A stretch of 64,000 bases of DNA, taken from contig JASHNQ010000059.1 of NCBI GenBank assembly GCA_030041545.1, positions 16,222 to 80,221 on the forward strand. Direction: 5' to 3'. The notes under the pieces were generated by a model. That model ran no database searches and was not told the origin of the DNA. It was given only the letters and a program-made list of their open reading frames with translations. Source of the stretch: a candidate division FCPU426 bacterium. GTDB lineage: Bacteria; Oederibacteriota; Muellerivitia; Muellerivitales; Muellerivitaceae. The translations under genes and the position numbers were made by a program. Of the stretch, positions 55,147 to 64,000 are shown piece after piece. How positions within the stretch are numbered: position 1 is the first letter of the stretch; every line of letters begins with the position of its first letter.

Positions 55147-56775
55147 TTATTTTCTTCTTTTTGCCCTTTGCGCGTTGATCCAATCGTAACTTTGGCAGCC
55201 CAAGGCTTTGGCGGATAGGAAATAAGCCGCAGCCCCGGCGCCAATGGGCAGGAAGACCTCCCACACGCGGTTTCCCGGCGGATTCCAGGCTTTTAGGCCC
55301 CACAAAAAGGCTTCCGTCACCGCGGCCATCACCACAGTAGCCGAAAGAATCTTGCCCCCTTCCCGGAACACGGCCGGGAAGTCGAACTTCACCCCCTGGC
55401 GGATCAACCCGTGGCAAAGGAAAAAGAAGGTTGAAAAGACCCCGACGGTGGTGGCCAGGGGCAGGGCCAGGAATTTCAAGTGGGGGTCGTTGAGGAAAAG
55501 GAGGGCGGAAAGGTTCAAAAGCGCGGTGGAAACCATGCTCACCACGGCCGCCCAAAAGGGCCATTGGGGTTTTTGGAGGGGGTAAAAGGACTGTGCCGCG
55601 ATCTTGATGCCCGAATGCGCGAAGAGCCCCAGCGCGTAAAGGCAGGTGGCCTCCGAAACCAGTTGGGTGGCCTCCTCGCCGAAGTGACCGTGCTGGAAGG
55701 CCAGGCGGCAGATGGGCTGGCTGACAATGCAGAGTCCAACGGTGGCAGGGACCATGATGAAGGCCGCCGCCTCCAAGGATTGTCCCAAAGTCTGGCTGAA
55801 TCCGTCCCGGTCTCCTTCCGCCCATTGCCGGGACATGAGGGGCAGGACCACGGTGGCGATGGAAACCCCGAAAACGCCGTAGGGCAACTGCATGAGCCGG
55901 TTGCCGTAGTTCAGGCAGGTAATGCTTCCGTTTTGTAAAAAAGAGGCGAAGATTTGGTTGAGAAGGAAATCCACCTGGGTGACGGACAGGCTGATGACCG
56001 CGGGCGCCAGGAGCGTGAGGATTTCCTTGATTCCGGGATGGGTGGGAGGCCAAGCCAGCCGGAACCGCCCTCCGAGGGCGCGCACATCGGGCCATTGGAT
56101 GATCCATTGGAAGGCGAAACCCACGGTGGTGGCGATGGTCCAAAGGTAGATTTTGAGCGTCTCATCTTGTGAGGAGCGCAGGGAGGGCCAGAAATAAAGG
56201 TAAAGCCCTGTCAGTATCAGGGTAAGGTTCATGGCCATGGGCGCGAAAGCCGGTACCGCGAAACGGTTGAAGGAGTTCAAGGTGCCCATCCAAAGGGCCG
56301 CCATGGAGACGAAAAGGAGTACCGGGAAAAGGATGCGCGTCAGCGACACGGTGAGGGCGTATTTGGCGGGGTCGCCGGAGAACCCCGGGGCCACCACGTG
56401 CACCAGGAGCGGCGCCACCAGGATTCCCAGGCCTAGCGTCACTCCCACGGCCAAAAGCAGCGTGGTAAAGACCTGGGAAATGAGCTTCCAGGCTTCTTCG
56501 GGTTTTCCATCCTTAATCGCTTTGGAAAGGACCGGCACAAAGGCCGGTGAGAAGGCGCCTTCGGCAAAAAGATCCCGCAGCAGGTTGGGGATCCGGAGGG
56601 CCGCGAAATAGGAGTCGGAAACGAGCCCGGCCCCAAAAATCCACGAATTGAGCAGGTCCCGGCCGAAACCCGCGACGCGGCTGATGGAAGTGGCGATGGA
56701 CACCACCCGGAAATGCCCGGCCACCTGGTGGGCCGTCCGGCGCCCGGCTTTGACGCCCGCGCCCTCAATGGCCAT
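55147..56775 (-). CDS. murJ: lipid II flippase MurJ (MviN)
   Basis: 14-TM protein with N-terminal ...SRVAGFGRDLL...AFVPVLS... MurJ signature. Confidence 0.85.
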   Translation of the reverse strand: MAIEGAGVKAGRRTAHQVAGHFRVVSIATSISRVAGFGRDLLNSWIFGAGLVSDSYFAALRIPNLLRDLFAEGAFSPAFVPVLSKAIKDGKPEEAWKLISQVFTTLLLAVGVTLGLGILVAPLLVHVVAPGFSGDPAKYALTVSLTRILFPVLLFVSMAALWMGTLNSFNRFAVPAFAPMAMNLTLILTGLYLYFWPSLRSSQDETLKIYLWTIATTVGFAFQWIIQWPDVRALGGRFRLAWPPTHPGIKEILTLLAPAVISLSVTQVDFLLNQIFASFLQNGSITCLNYGNRLMQLPYGVFGVSIATVVLPLMSRQWAEGDRDGFSQTLGQSLEAAAFIMVPATVGLCIVSQPICRLAFQHGHFGEEATQLVSEATCLYALGLFAHSGIKIAAQSFYPLQKPQWPFWAAVVSMVSTALLNLSALLFLNDPHLKFLALPLATTVGVFSTFFFLCHGLIRQGVKFDFPAVFREGGKILSATVVMAAVTEAFLWGLKAWNPPGNRVWEVFLPIGAGAAAYFLSAKALGCQSYDWINAQRAKRRK

Positions 56776-56808
56776 GATTGACAGCCCTCCGCCCTTCGTT
56801 TATAAAGG

Positions 56809-56901
56809 CAGTCCACAGTCGACGGTCCACAGTCGACAGCAAGGCCGGCAAGGATTCGCTTGGAGGGCCTGGCTGTGAACTGTCGACCGTCGACTGTGAA
56901 C
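56809..56901 (+). promoter_or_regulatory. long imperfect inverted repeat built from four GTCGAC-centred 11-12 nt units, between murJ and rpsT
   Basis: TCCACAGTCGACGG TCCACAGTCGACAG ...(30 nt)... CTGTCGACCG TCGACTGTGAAC. Ends 12 nt before the rpsT RBS. Confidence 0.4.
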
Positions 56902-56920
56902 TTGCCTTTTTGGAGGATTC

Positions 56921-57181
56921 ATGCCGATCATCAAGTCGTCGATCAAGGATGTCCGCCGCATCAAGCGCCGCACCGCCCGCAACTCGGCGGAAAAGAACAA
57001 GATCCGAACCGTCATGAAATCCGTCCGTGCGGCCCCAAGCGCCGAGGAGGCATCCCAAAAATTGAAGGAAGCCATGCAGGTACTGGACAAGGCCCAGGCG
57101 CACGGCATCCTCAAACGCAATACCGCCTCCCGCCATGTTTCCCGCCTTTCTTCATTTGTTAACGCGAAATTCAAGAAGTAG
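56921..57181 (+). CDS. rpsT: 30S ribosomal protein S20
   Basis: RBS GGAGGA. MPIIKSSIKDVRRIKRR... typical S20. 86 aa. Confidence 0.9.
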   Translation: MPIIKSSIKDVRRIKRRTARNSAEKNKIRTVMKSVRAAPSAEEASQKLKEAMQVLDKAQAHGILKRNTASRHVSRLSSFVNAKFKK

Positions 57182-57238
57182 TTCGAAGTAGTTCACAGGC
57201 AACAGTTCACGGCTGACAGCTTGGCTCCCTTCCATCTG

Positions 57239-58261
57239 TCACCTGTGAGTTGTGAACGGGCGTTTCTTTCCCCATTTCAAAACCCACATCTCCAAGTAAA
57301 CGGCGGGCACGGCCTTGCCCAGGCGGCCGGTGACTACGCCGGCCTGCAGGCGGATCAGATCCCGCAGGGCGCCTTTCAGCTCCTCCGTTGAAAACTGGCC
57401 CGACTGCTCCCATAGGGCCTTGAGCCGAAAGGGATGCAGGCCCAGTTTTTGGGCCGCGTCCGCCTGGCTCATCCCCTTGGAGCGGCCCAGGGCCACGGCC
57501 AATAGTTCCCGGATGCGCCCATAAAGCAGCATGATGGTGCCCGTGTCCACACCCTCCCCCAGGCGGGCCATGAGCCCCAGGGCCTTCTCGGCCTGGCGCA
57601 GGCCCACCGCGTCCAGCAATGGGAAAATTTCGGATTCCACCCCAGGAACGGGCAGTTCCTTCACCATTTCCACATCAGTGGCCTTTTGGGGATAAACATA
57701 AAGGGCCAGTTGGTCCAGGGCCCGCCGCAGGTAGGCGATATCCGGGCCGGTCTTCTGCACCAGGAGCTGCGCCGCCTCCTCGGGAAGGGCCAGGCCCAGG
57801 GCCTGAGCCTGCTGCTTGAGCCATCCGGCGAGTTTCCATTCGGGCATGTCGGAGCACTGCACGGCCCAACCCATGCGCTCGGCCGCGGCCACGGCCCTAA
57901 CGGTTTTGCGCAGGCCCGGCGCCAGGAAGACCAAGTGGGAGGAGGGGTTGGGATTTTGGAAATATTCCTTGAGTTGCTCCAGGGCCGCCTCCGCATGCCC
58001 CCCCAGAATCTTTTCCCCGTGTTGCACTAGCAGCATCTGGGCGCCCGAGAACAGCGAGGCCGTCTGTGCCGCGGCCAGCACTTCCCCCAGCTTGTCCGAA
58101 CCGCCGTCATAGGTTTGGAGGGTGCCGTCCGGTGATTGCTTCCGGAATTGTTCCCTCAAGGCCCGGGCGCCTTCGGCGATGACTCCGTCGGATTCACCGA
58201 AAAGCAACACCAGGGCGGGCAGGCCGCCCTTCAATCGGTTCAAAAAATCGTCAAAATACAT
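57239..58261 (-). CDS. holA: DNA polymerase III delta subunit
   Basis: Delta-subunit-like N-terminal ...ALVLLFGESDGVI... and length. Conserved leuS-lptE-holA neighbourhood. Confidence 0.7.
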   Translation of the reverse strand: MYFDDFLNRLKGGLPALVLLFGESDGVIAEGARALREQFRKQSPDGTLQTYDGGSDKLGEVLAAAQTASLFSGAQMLLVQHGEKILGGHAEAALEQLKEYFQNPNPSSHLVFLAPGLRKTVRAVAAAERMGWAVQCSDMPEWKLAGWLKQQAQALGLALPEEAAQLLVQKTGPDIAYLRRALDQLALYVYPQKATDVEMVKELPVPGVESEIFPLLDAVGLRQAEKALGLMARLGEGVDTGTIMLLYGRIRELLAVALGRSKGMSQADAAQKLGLHPFRLKALWEQSGQFSTEELKGALRDLIRLQAGVVTGRLGKAVPAVYLEMWVLKWGKKRPFTTHR

Positions 58262-58267
58262 AATTGG

Positions 58268-58981
58268 CTATGGGATGTTTCTGGGGATGGGCCCGTGGGA
58301 AATCGGTGTGGCCATGGGCAGGGGTGTGGCCTGGGGTGGCACCGGTGGAATGGTGGAAACAGCCGTGGGCGTCTTGGGTTCCTCATTTTTCACGTAAAAG
58401 AAGGTGATGCCCACCAGCTGGCCGTCCACGGTCAGGTGGATGGTATAGAGGCCCAAGTCGCGGGGCAGGCCGGATTGGCCGTACTCGGAGTGCATGTGAT
58501 CCATGCCAAGGGTCAAATTGACCAGGAACCACTGGTAGGTTTCGTTTTGCACCGTCAGGAGCCGGTCGGTGAATCCCACCTGGAACTCCTGGTCGAACTT
58601 GGCGATACGGATATTGGAGGGCGAGTAGCACTCCACGGTGGCCGTGTGGATTCGGCTGGAGGGTTTGAGGAGGAAATAGGCGAAATAGCAGACCTGGTTG
58701 TTCTTGTCCGGGTAAAAATAGTTGACGCTGTCCGCGGGATAGTCGTCCACGACGCGCGTGCAGGTGATCATGTGGCTGACGATGATATCCTGGTTGGGCG
58801 CGGGGTTGGAGGCTTGGTCGGCGGGCGCGTCCTTGACCGTGGTGGCCGGGTTCTCGCCGGCGTTCTTGGGCACCCCACCGGTGATCCACTCCAAATCGGC
58901 CCCGGTTTTGGCCGCAAAAAAAAGAAACAGAACGGCCAAAACCCGGGCGGAAATTTTAAATTTGAATTTAACCATTTCCAA
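58268..58981 (-). CDS. hypothetical secreted protein
   Basis: Signal peptide ARVLAVLFLFFAA. No motif. Inserted between lptE and holA. Confidence 0.4.
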   Translation of the reverse strand: MEMVKFKFKISARVLAVLFLFFAAKTGADLEWITGGVPKNAGENPATTVKDAPADQASNPAPNQDIIVSHMITCTRVVDDYPADSVNYFYPDKNNQVCYFAYFLLKPSSRIHTATVECYSPSNIRIAKFDQEFQVGFTDRLLTVQNETYQWFLVNLTLGMDHMHSEYGQSGLPRDLGLYTIHLTVDGQLVGITFFYVKNEEPKTPTAVSTIPPVPPQATPLPMATPISHGPIPRNIP

Positions 58982-59019
58982 TCTTTCGTCTTTCCACCGT
59001 TAATTAAAAATTTAAAATT

Positions 59020-59057
59020 GAGAATTCAAAATTCCCATTTGGCTTTGCCAAATGGGT
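59020..59057 (-). terminator. putative rho-independent terminator downstream of lptE
   Basis: Perfect hairpin CCCATTTGGC-TTT-GCCAAATGGG abutting the lptE stop, followed on the minus strand by AATTTTGAATT. Confidence 0.4.
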
Positions 59058-59578
59058 CAGTTCCCTTCCAGCACCCTTCGCACCACCACGTAGGCCGTGT
59101 CGCCGGCCAGCTGGGTGACCGCCTGGTCCATGGTCATGTTGGGCGCTCCGGTGTATTGGGGCGTATAGAAGAAATAGCTGTGGATCTTGTTGTCGTCCTC
59201 CACGAAGGTTTTCTTCTCCTGCTCGTCCACGGCCGCCAGGTCGTAGACGACGGAAAGCCGGTACTCCAAAACGTAGTTGTTGGTGGCGTACATTTGGGGT
59301 TCCTGGACGTACTGGCGGAGGGTCATCTTGACCACCATGTCCGCCTTGTCCGGATCCACCACCGGCAGCCTCCCGTCGATCTGGAACTGGTGGATGATCG
59401 CCTGCGTGAAGATGGTATCCAGCCCGTAATAGCTGGTCCGGTTGTCCACCAGCGCCACGCCAACGCTTTGGATGTAGGACGGCACCACTAGGGCCGCCGG
59501 GTGGCAACCGGTCATTCCCACCAAAAGGCACGTTAAGGGAATCCAGGGAAAAATTTTCAGCCTTTTCATTCGTTCCAT
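59057..59578 (-). CDS. lptE: LptE-like LPS-assembly lipoprotein
   Basis: Lipobox VGMTGC. About 170 aa. Position between leuS and holA as in the proteobacterial leuS-lptE-holA synteny. Primary-sequence similarity is weak. Confidence 0.5.
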   Translation of the reverse strand: MERMKRLKIFPWIPLTCLLVGMTGCHPAALVVPSYIQSVGVALVDNRTSYYGLDTIFTQAIIHQFQIDGRLPVVDPDKADMVVKMTLRQYVQEPQMYATNNYVLEYRLSVVYDLAAVDEQEKKTFVEDDNKIHSYFFYTPQYTGAPNMTMDQAVTQLAGDTAYVVVRRVLEGN

Positions 59579-59718
59579 CGAACCTTCACCCTTTCCTGTT
59601 TCTAACCCTTTCTCTTTTTTCAGTTATAGCTATTTTCCCAAATTTTATACATTCACAATTTGAAAAATTTGTGGTGATGTCCGGTTTCGCCTGGCTGCCG
59701 ACGGCCAACCGTGAACCC

Positions 59719-62229
59719 TCAACCGCCTTTGACGATGAAATTAGCCAGTTTGTCCTTCACCCAAACCAGCTTGACGATTTCCCCGGTAACGGCCTTGGAG
59801 ACCCTCTCGTCCGTCCGGGCCAGCTCCCGGATGGCGGTTTCCTCCAGCCCCACGGGCACGCTCACCCGCGTGCGCACCTTGCCGTTGACCTGAACGGCGA
59901 TCTCTACGACTTCAGATCTCATCAATGCCGGGTCGTGCTTAGGCCAGCCCGCGTCCAGCAATTCCCCCTTGCCCAAGCGGCTCCATATTTCAGAGGCGAC
60001 ATGGGGGGTAAAGGGTCCCAAGAGCTTGACCAGGGACTCCACGGCCTCGCGGAGGATGGGCGTCCGGGCGGCCGGGTCCGCCTTGTAATCGTAAAGCAGG
60101 TTGATGAGTTCCATCATGGCGCTGATGGCCGTGTTGAACTTGAAGCCGCCGTCCATGTCCTGGGTGACCTTTTGGATGGTCTGGTGTGTCTTGCGGCGCA
60201 CTTCCTTGTCCCGCTCCGTGGCGGCTTGGGGGGCGCCGCCCGCGTTGAAGTCGGGCCTTTCCAAGAGTTCTTGGAAGAGCCTCCAGACGCGGTTGAGGAA
60301 GCGGAAGGCGCCTTCCACGGCCCGGTCGTCCCATTCCGCGTCCCGTTCGGGAGGGCCGATGAAGAGCGTGTAGAGTCGGAAGGTGTCCGAGCCGTACTTT
60401 TGGATGAGTTCGTCGGGCTGCACCGAGTTGCCCTTGCTCTTGGACATCTTCACCCCGCCCTTGGTGATCATGCCCTGGGTGAAGAGGCGCCGGAAGGGTT
60501 CGTCGAAGGAAATAAGGCCCAGGTCCTTGAGCACCTTGGTGATGAAGCGCGAGTAAAGCAGGTGCAGGATGGCGTGCTCCACGCCGCCGATGTACTGGTC
60601 CACGGGAAGCCACTGGTTGGCGGTTTGGGGGTCGAAGGCCTGTTTGGAATCCTTGGCCGAGACGTAGCGCAGGAAATACCAACTGGAATCCACGAAGGTG
60701 TCCATGGTGTCGGTTTCGCGCCGGGCTTCTCCGCCGCATTTGGGGCAGGCGGCCCTCACGAAGGAGGGCACGGCCTTCAAAGGCGACTCGCCGGTGGGCT
60801 TGAATTCCACGTCGTGGGGAAGCTTGACCGGAAGGTCCTTTTCAGGCACCGGAACCCAGCCGCATTTTCCGCAATGGATCATGGGGATAGGAGCGCCCCA
60901 GTAGCGCTGCCGGGAAATCAGCCAGTCCCTCAGGCGGTAGGTCACCGCGCCCTTGCCCAGCTTTTTTTCCGTGAGCCACTCGGTCATTTTTGTCTTGGCG
61001 ACTTCCACCTTGAGGCCGTCCAGGAACCCAGAGTTGATGAGCTTGCCATCGTCCGTGTAGGCCTCCTCCTGGGGGTCGAAAACGTGGCCCGAGGCTTTCC
61101 AAGCCCGCTTGACCTCGTCGTCCGGGTCGATGACCTGCACGATGTGGATTTTGTATTTCTGGGCGAAATCGAAGTCGCGGGTGTCGTGGGCCGGCACGGC
61201 CATGATGGCGCCCGTACCGTAGTCCATCAAGACGTAATTGGCGATATAAATCGGAATTGCCTTGCCATTGACCGGGTTGACGGCCTTCGCGCCCGTGTCC
61301 AGGCCCAGCTTTTCCGCGTTCTCGCCGGTTCGGTCCAGAGCGCTCTGCTTTTTGACGTCCTCCACGAAGGTCCGGACCTCGGCTTCCTTGGGCGTCCCCT
61401 TCACCAGTTCCGGAACCATGGGATGTTCGGGCGCCAGCACCATGTAGGTGGCCCCGAAAAGCGTGTCAGGCCGTGTGGTAAAAACCGTGATGATTTCGGA
61501 ACGGCTTTCCACCTGGAAGTTGACCGCCGCGCCCTCGCTTTGGCCGATCCAGTTTTTTTGCATGGTCTTGACCCGCTCGGGCCAATTTCCCAGCCGGGCG
61601 ATGTCGGCCAGGAGGCGCTCTGCGTAGGCCGTTATCTTGAGGAACCACTGTTCCAACTCCTTCTGGATAACCTCGCTGTCGCACCTTTCGCAATGGCCTT
61701 CAATCACTTGCTCGTTGGCAAGGACCGTCAGGCAGGAGGGGCACCAGTTCACGTAGGCCTTTTTGCGGTAGGCCAGGCCTTTCTCGTAGAGCTTCAGGAA
61801 AATCCATTGGGTCCAGCGGTAGTAATCGGGCAGGCAGGAAACCACTTCCTTGTCCCAGTCGTAGCCCATGCCCCAGTCGTAGAACTGGCCCTTCATGCGC
61901 TCGATGTTCTTGAGGGTCCAGTCCTCGGGGTGGATGCCCTTGTGGATGGCCGTGTTCTCAGCCGGCAGCCCGAAGGCGTCAAAACCCATGGGGTTCAGTA
62001 CGTTGTGGCCCAGGGCCCGGAAATAGCGGAACACCGCGTCGCCGATGATGTAGTTGCGGCCGTGGCCCGCGTGCAGGAAGTCCCCCGAGGGATAGGGGAA
62101 CATGACCAGGGTGTAGTACTTCTTGGCGGTCTTGGCGAGGTCGCAGGAAAAGACACGGCGGTCCTTCCAATGCTTTTTCCAGCGTTGCTCGATGTCGGTG
62201 AAGTTATAGGCTTCCATGGCGCCTTCCAA
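59719..62229 (-). CDS. leuS: leucine--tRNA ligase
   Basis: HIGH region (FPYPSGDFLHAGHG), KMSKS (VKMSKSKGN), CP1 editing domain. Likely true start is MEAYNF at 62217. Confidence 0.9.
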   Translation of the reverse strand: MEGAMEAYNFTDIEQRWKKHWKDRRVFSCDLAKTAKKYYTLVMFPYPSGDFLHAGHGRNYIIGDAVFRYFRALGHNVLNPMGFDAFGLPAENTAIHKGIHPEDWTLKNIERMKGQFYDWGMGYDWDKEVVSCLPDYYRWTQWIFLKLYEKGLAYRKKAYVNWCPSCLTVLANEQVIEGHCERCDSEVIQKELEQWFLKITAYAERLLADIARLGNWPERVKTMQKNWIGQSEGAAVNFQVESRSEIITVFTTRPDTLFGATYMVLAPEHPMVPELVKGTPKEAEVRTFVEDVKKQSALDRTGENAEKLGLDTGAKAVNPVNGKAIPIYIANYVLMDYGTGAIMAVPAHDTRDFDFAQKYKIHIVQVIDPDDEVKRAWKASGHVFDPQEEAYTDDGKLINSGFLDGLKVEVAKTKMTEWLTEKKLGKGAVTYRLRDWLISRQRYWGAPIPMIHCGKCGWVPVPEKDLPVKLPHDVEFKPTGESPLKAVPSFVRAACPKCGGEARRETDTMDTFVDSSWYFLRYVSAKDSKQAFDPQTANQWLPVDQYIGGVEHAILHLLYSRFITKVLKDLGLISFDEPFRRLFTQGMITKGGVKMSKSKGNSVQPDELIQKYGSDTFRLYTLFIGPPERDAEWDDRAVEGAFRFLNRVWRLFQELLERPDFNAGGAPQAATERDKEVRRKTHQTIQKVTQDMDGGFKFNTAISAMMELINLLYDYKADPAARTPILREAVESLVKLLGPFTPHVASEIWSRLGKGELLDAGWPKHDPALMRSEVVEIAVQVNGKVRTRVSVPVGLEETAIRELARTDERVSKAVTGEIVKLVWVKDKLANFIVKGG

Positions 62230-62340
62230 AGGGGGTTAAGGAGAGGAAATTATATAAAAGAAACCGGGAATTTTAAGGTTTTCTTGGGGTTGATTCCCAG
62301 GCTGGGTATGATTGCGGGTTTCTGAAAGTCCTGGCCATTC

Positions 62341-63831
62341 CTACGGTCTTGTCTTGGCCGAGGCTGGGAGATCCGGGAAATCAACCTTAAACCCCGCCTC
62401 TAAGAGCGTGTTGCCCAGCAGGTTGTCCACGTAGGGGTCATACAAGTAGGAAGCGTAATCCCTCAATTCGGTGTACAACGCGAAGTCCCGGTCCACCTGG
62501 AATTGGAGTCCCATGGCCACCTGCAAAGCCACTCCGATAAAATAACCCGCGCTGCTGGGCAGGTCCAATCCCACCCCACCGTAAAGGTAGGGCTCCACGA
62601 TCGTGTCGGTGGGAGAGGTCAATTGAAGGTTGGCCATCACCGCCCACTCCTGCGAGAATCTTTCCAGGTCGGCGAAAACCGAAACATTGTCGGGAAAATC
62701 ATAACCCAAAGCCCCGAAAAAGGTCCCAAGGGCCTGCGACGACCCGTTGTAGGAAACTGGATCCAGGGCGAATCCCCCGCCGGTCTTCACGAAAAACCCG
62801 CCATTGGGCATGGCCGGGGCTGGGCTGCGGCCCTGACCGTTCCAAGGGCTCAATATCAATCCGAGGTCGATTGGGTAGTCCAATGTCGTGAAACGGAAAG
62901 GAGGGAGAGAAGACCAAGTGTAGGTCAGGTTCTCAAATGCCACATTGGCCCCGGATTCCAGGAAAAGGCTGAGGCCCGGGTCCAAGGGGCATTCCAGCCC
63001 CACCCTTCCCCGGAGGGTCGGGGCTGGGGGCGCATACACGGGAGCATAGAATGGGTACTGGTAAGTGAAGAGGCCGTAACCAACGTAAAGGGGGGCAGTC
63101 CATCCCAAACCCGCCGTGAGATAAGGCCTGAGCAGTCCCCCCCCGAACCGATACCGGGCCGCCAAAAAGCCATCATCCAGGGTTGCGGGGAAAACGACCT
63201 GGCTTGCGGTTTGGATCTCGGGAAGACCGTAAAAACCACCCCCCAGCCAAAAGGACCACCGGTCGTCTAGGGCGTATCCCAGGGCGAATTCCCCGCCCCG
63301 TCCAAAGGTCCGGAAGGAGGTATCATAATTTTCCCCCAGAAAATCCAATCCCGGCCCCATTTGGAAACGGAAATGCTTCAGGACGTCCAAAAGAGGATCG
63401 GTTGGGGCGGGTACTTTAGAGGAAGGGCTTTTTTCAGGGACAAGGTCCGGCGGCGGGGGCATTTCAGCTTCTTGAGGGCCTTCCATGTAGGCCACGCTGC
63501 TGTTGACCCGCATTGCCCTGGGCGACGGGGATTCCAGCCATTGGACGAAATCCCTCAGCCGGGGGTTGCCCCCGTGGAGGAGGAGGCTCTCCCGGCACTC
63601 GTCCAAGGCCGCCTTCTCGTCGTTCATTCGGTAGTAGCAATAGCCCAGCAATTGGCGGACCTTCCAATTTTGGGAATCGCCCCGAAGGGCCAGTTGAAGG
63701 TTGACCGCCGATTGGGAATAACGGCCCCCTGCGTATTGGAACAAGGCGTCCTGGTAGTAAAAGCTGCTCTCGTCGGCGAAAAGCGGATAGACTGATAAGG
63801 AAAATAAAACCGCTAAGACGAGTGTTCGCAT
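62341..63831 (-). CDS. outer-membrane protein with N-terminal TPR segment and C-terminal beta-barrel-like domain
   Basis: Signal peptide, TPR-like helices (YYQDALFQYAGGRY...), then a Gly/aromatic-rich beta-strand region. Confidence 0.45.
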   Translation of the reverse strand: MRTLVLAVLFSLSVYPLFADESSFYYQDALFQYAGGRYSQSAVNLQLALRGDSQNWKVRQLLGYCYYRMNDEKAALDECRESLLLHGGNPRLRDFVQWLESPSPRAMRVNSSVAYMEGPQEAEMPPPPDLVPEKSPSSKVPAPTDPLLDVLKHFRFQMGPGLDFLGENYDTSFRTFGRGGEFALGYALDDRWSFWLGGGFYGLPEIQTASQVVFPATLDDGFLAARYRFGGGLLRPYLTAGLGWTAPLYVGYGLFTYQYPFYAPVYAPPAPTLRGRVGLECPLDPGLSLFLESGANVAFENLTYTWSSLPPFRFTTLDYPIDLGLILSPWNGQGRSPAPAMPNGGFFVKTGGGFALDPVSYNGSSQALGTFFGALGYDFPDNVSVFADLERFSQEWAVMANLQLTSPTDTIVEPYLYGGVGLDLPSSAGYFIGVALQVAMGLQFQVDRDFALYTELRDYASYLYDPYVDNLLGNTLLEAGFKVDFPDLPASAKTRP

Positions 63832-64000
63832 TCATACCCCCAGCCATATATCGCATCTTACCAACGATTTTATTTAATCATCTATTTCTTGGCCTGTTTC
63901 AGCCGATCCTTTACTCCAACGCCACCGGGCCCACGTGCCTCACCCGTCTTTTAAGGTCCAGCCATATTTCCCCGCCCATCTGGGTCCACCGCCTGCAAAA

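Noticed and set aside
55142-56143. 333-aa ORF overlapping murJ
   Set aside because: Alternative frame of the same strand as murJ. Arg/Pro/Gly-rich composition and no motifs. The murJ frame carries the conserved flippase signature.
59671-62325. 884-aa ORF on the plus strand
   Set aside because: Antisense to leuS, whose HIGH/KMSKS motifs make the minus-strand frame unambiguous. This is a high-GC shadow ORF.

Overview
This is a 64-kb window from a high-GC (about 57-60%) diderm bacterium. ExbB/ExbD/TonB, LptE, MurJ and a BamA-like barrel are all present. Several secreted proteins end in FlgD-Ig/T9SS-like C-terminal domains, which points to an uncultivated FCB-type lineage, but the phylum cannot be assigned from the sequence alone. 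Most of the window is housekeeping chromosome: der-plsY-gpsA, ihf/HU, merR, acyP, a sigma-70 family sigma factor, apt, mutL-miaA, ogt, murJ, rpsT, holA, lptE and leuS. There are three tRNA genes: tandem Pro-CGG and Pro-GGG, and Arg-CCT. Three accessory stretches stand out. (1) A Tol/Pal-like envelope cluster at 0.3-8.8 kb: LysM lipoprotein, Pal-like OmpA lipoprotein, a 989-aa TPR protein, an OM barrel, ExbB, ExbD and TonB. (2) A composition-shifted island at about 36.0-42.8 kb. It carries an AbiEi/AbiEii (type IV TA / Abi) pair translationally coupled to a 1684-aa WRN-like fusion protein: DnaQ-like exonuclease + RecQ helicase + UvrD helicase. Its right edge is marked by an orphan duplicate of a neighbouring signal-peptide coding segment. 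This is the strongest candidate for an undescribed defence module. (3) A signalling cluster at 47.5-54.3 kb: Ser/Thr kinase-NHL, FHA-GAF-adenylate cyclase, periplasmic FecR-domain protein, OM barrel and lipoprotein. Other oddities are listed in the findings. They include an Omp85-type barrel fused to an HExxH peptidase-like domain plus a PD40 propeller, a catalytically dead FabD paralogue, an EAL protein with an unknown C-terminal domain, a small intergenic hairpin repeat family (3 copies), and GTCGAC-centred inverted repeats flanking rpsT. No CRISPR array, rRNA or clear transposase was seen.
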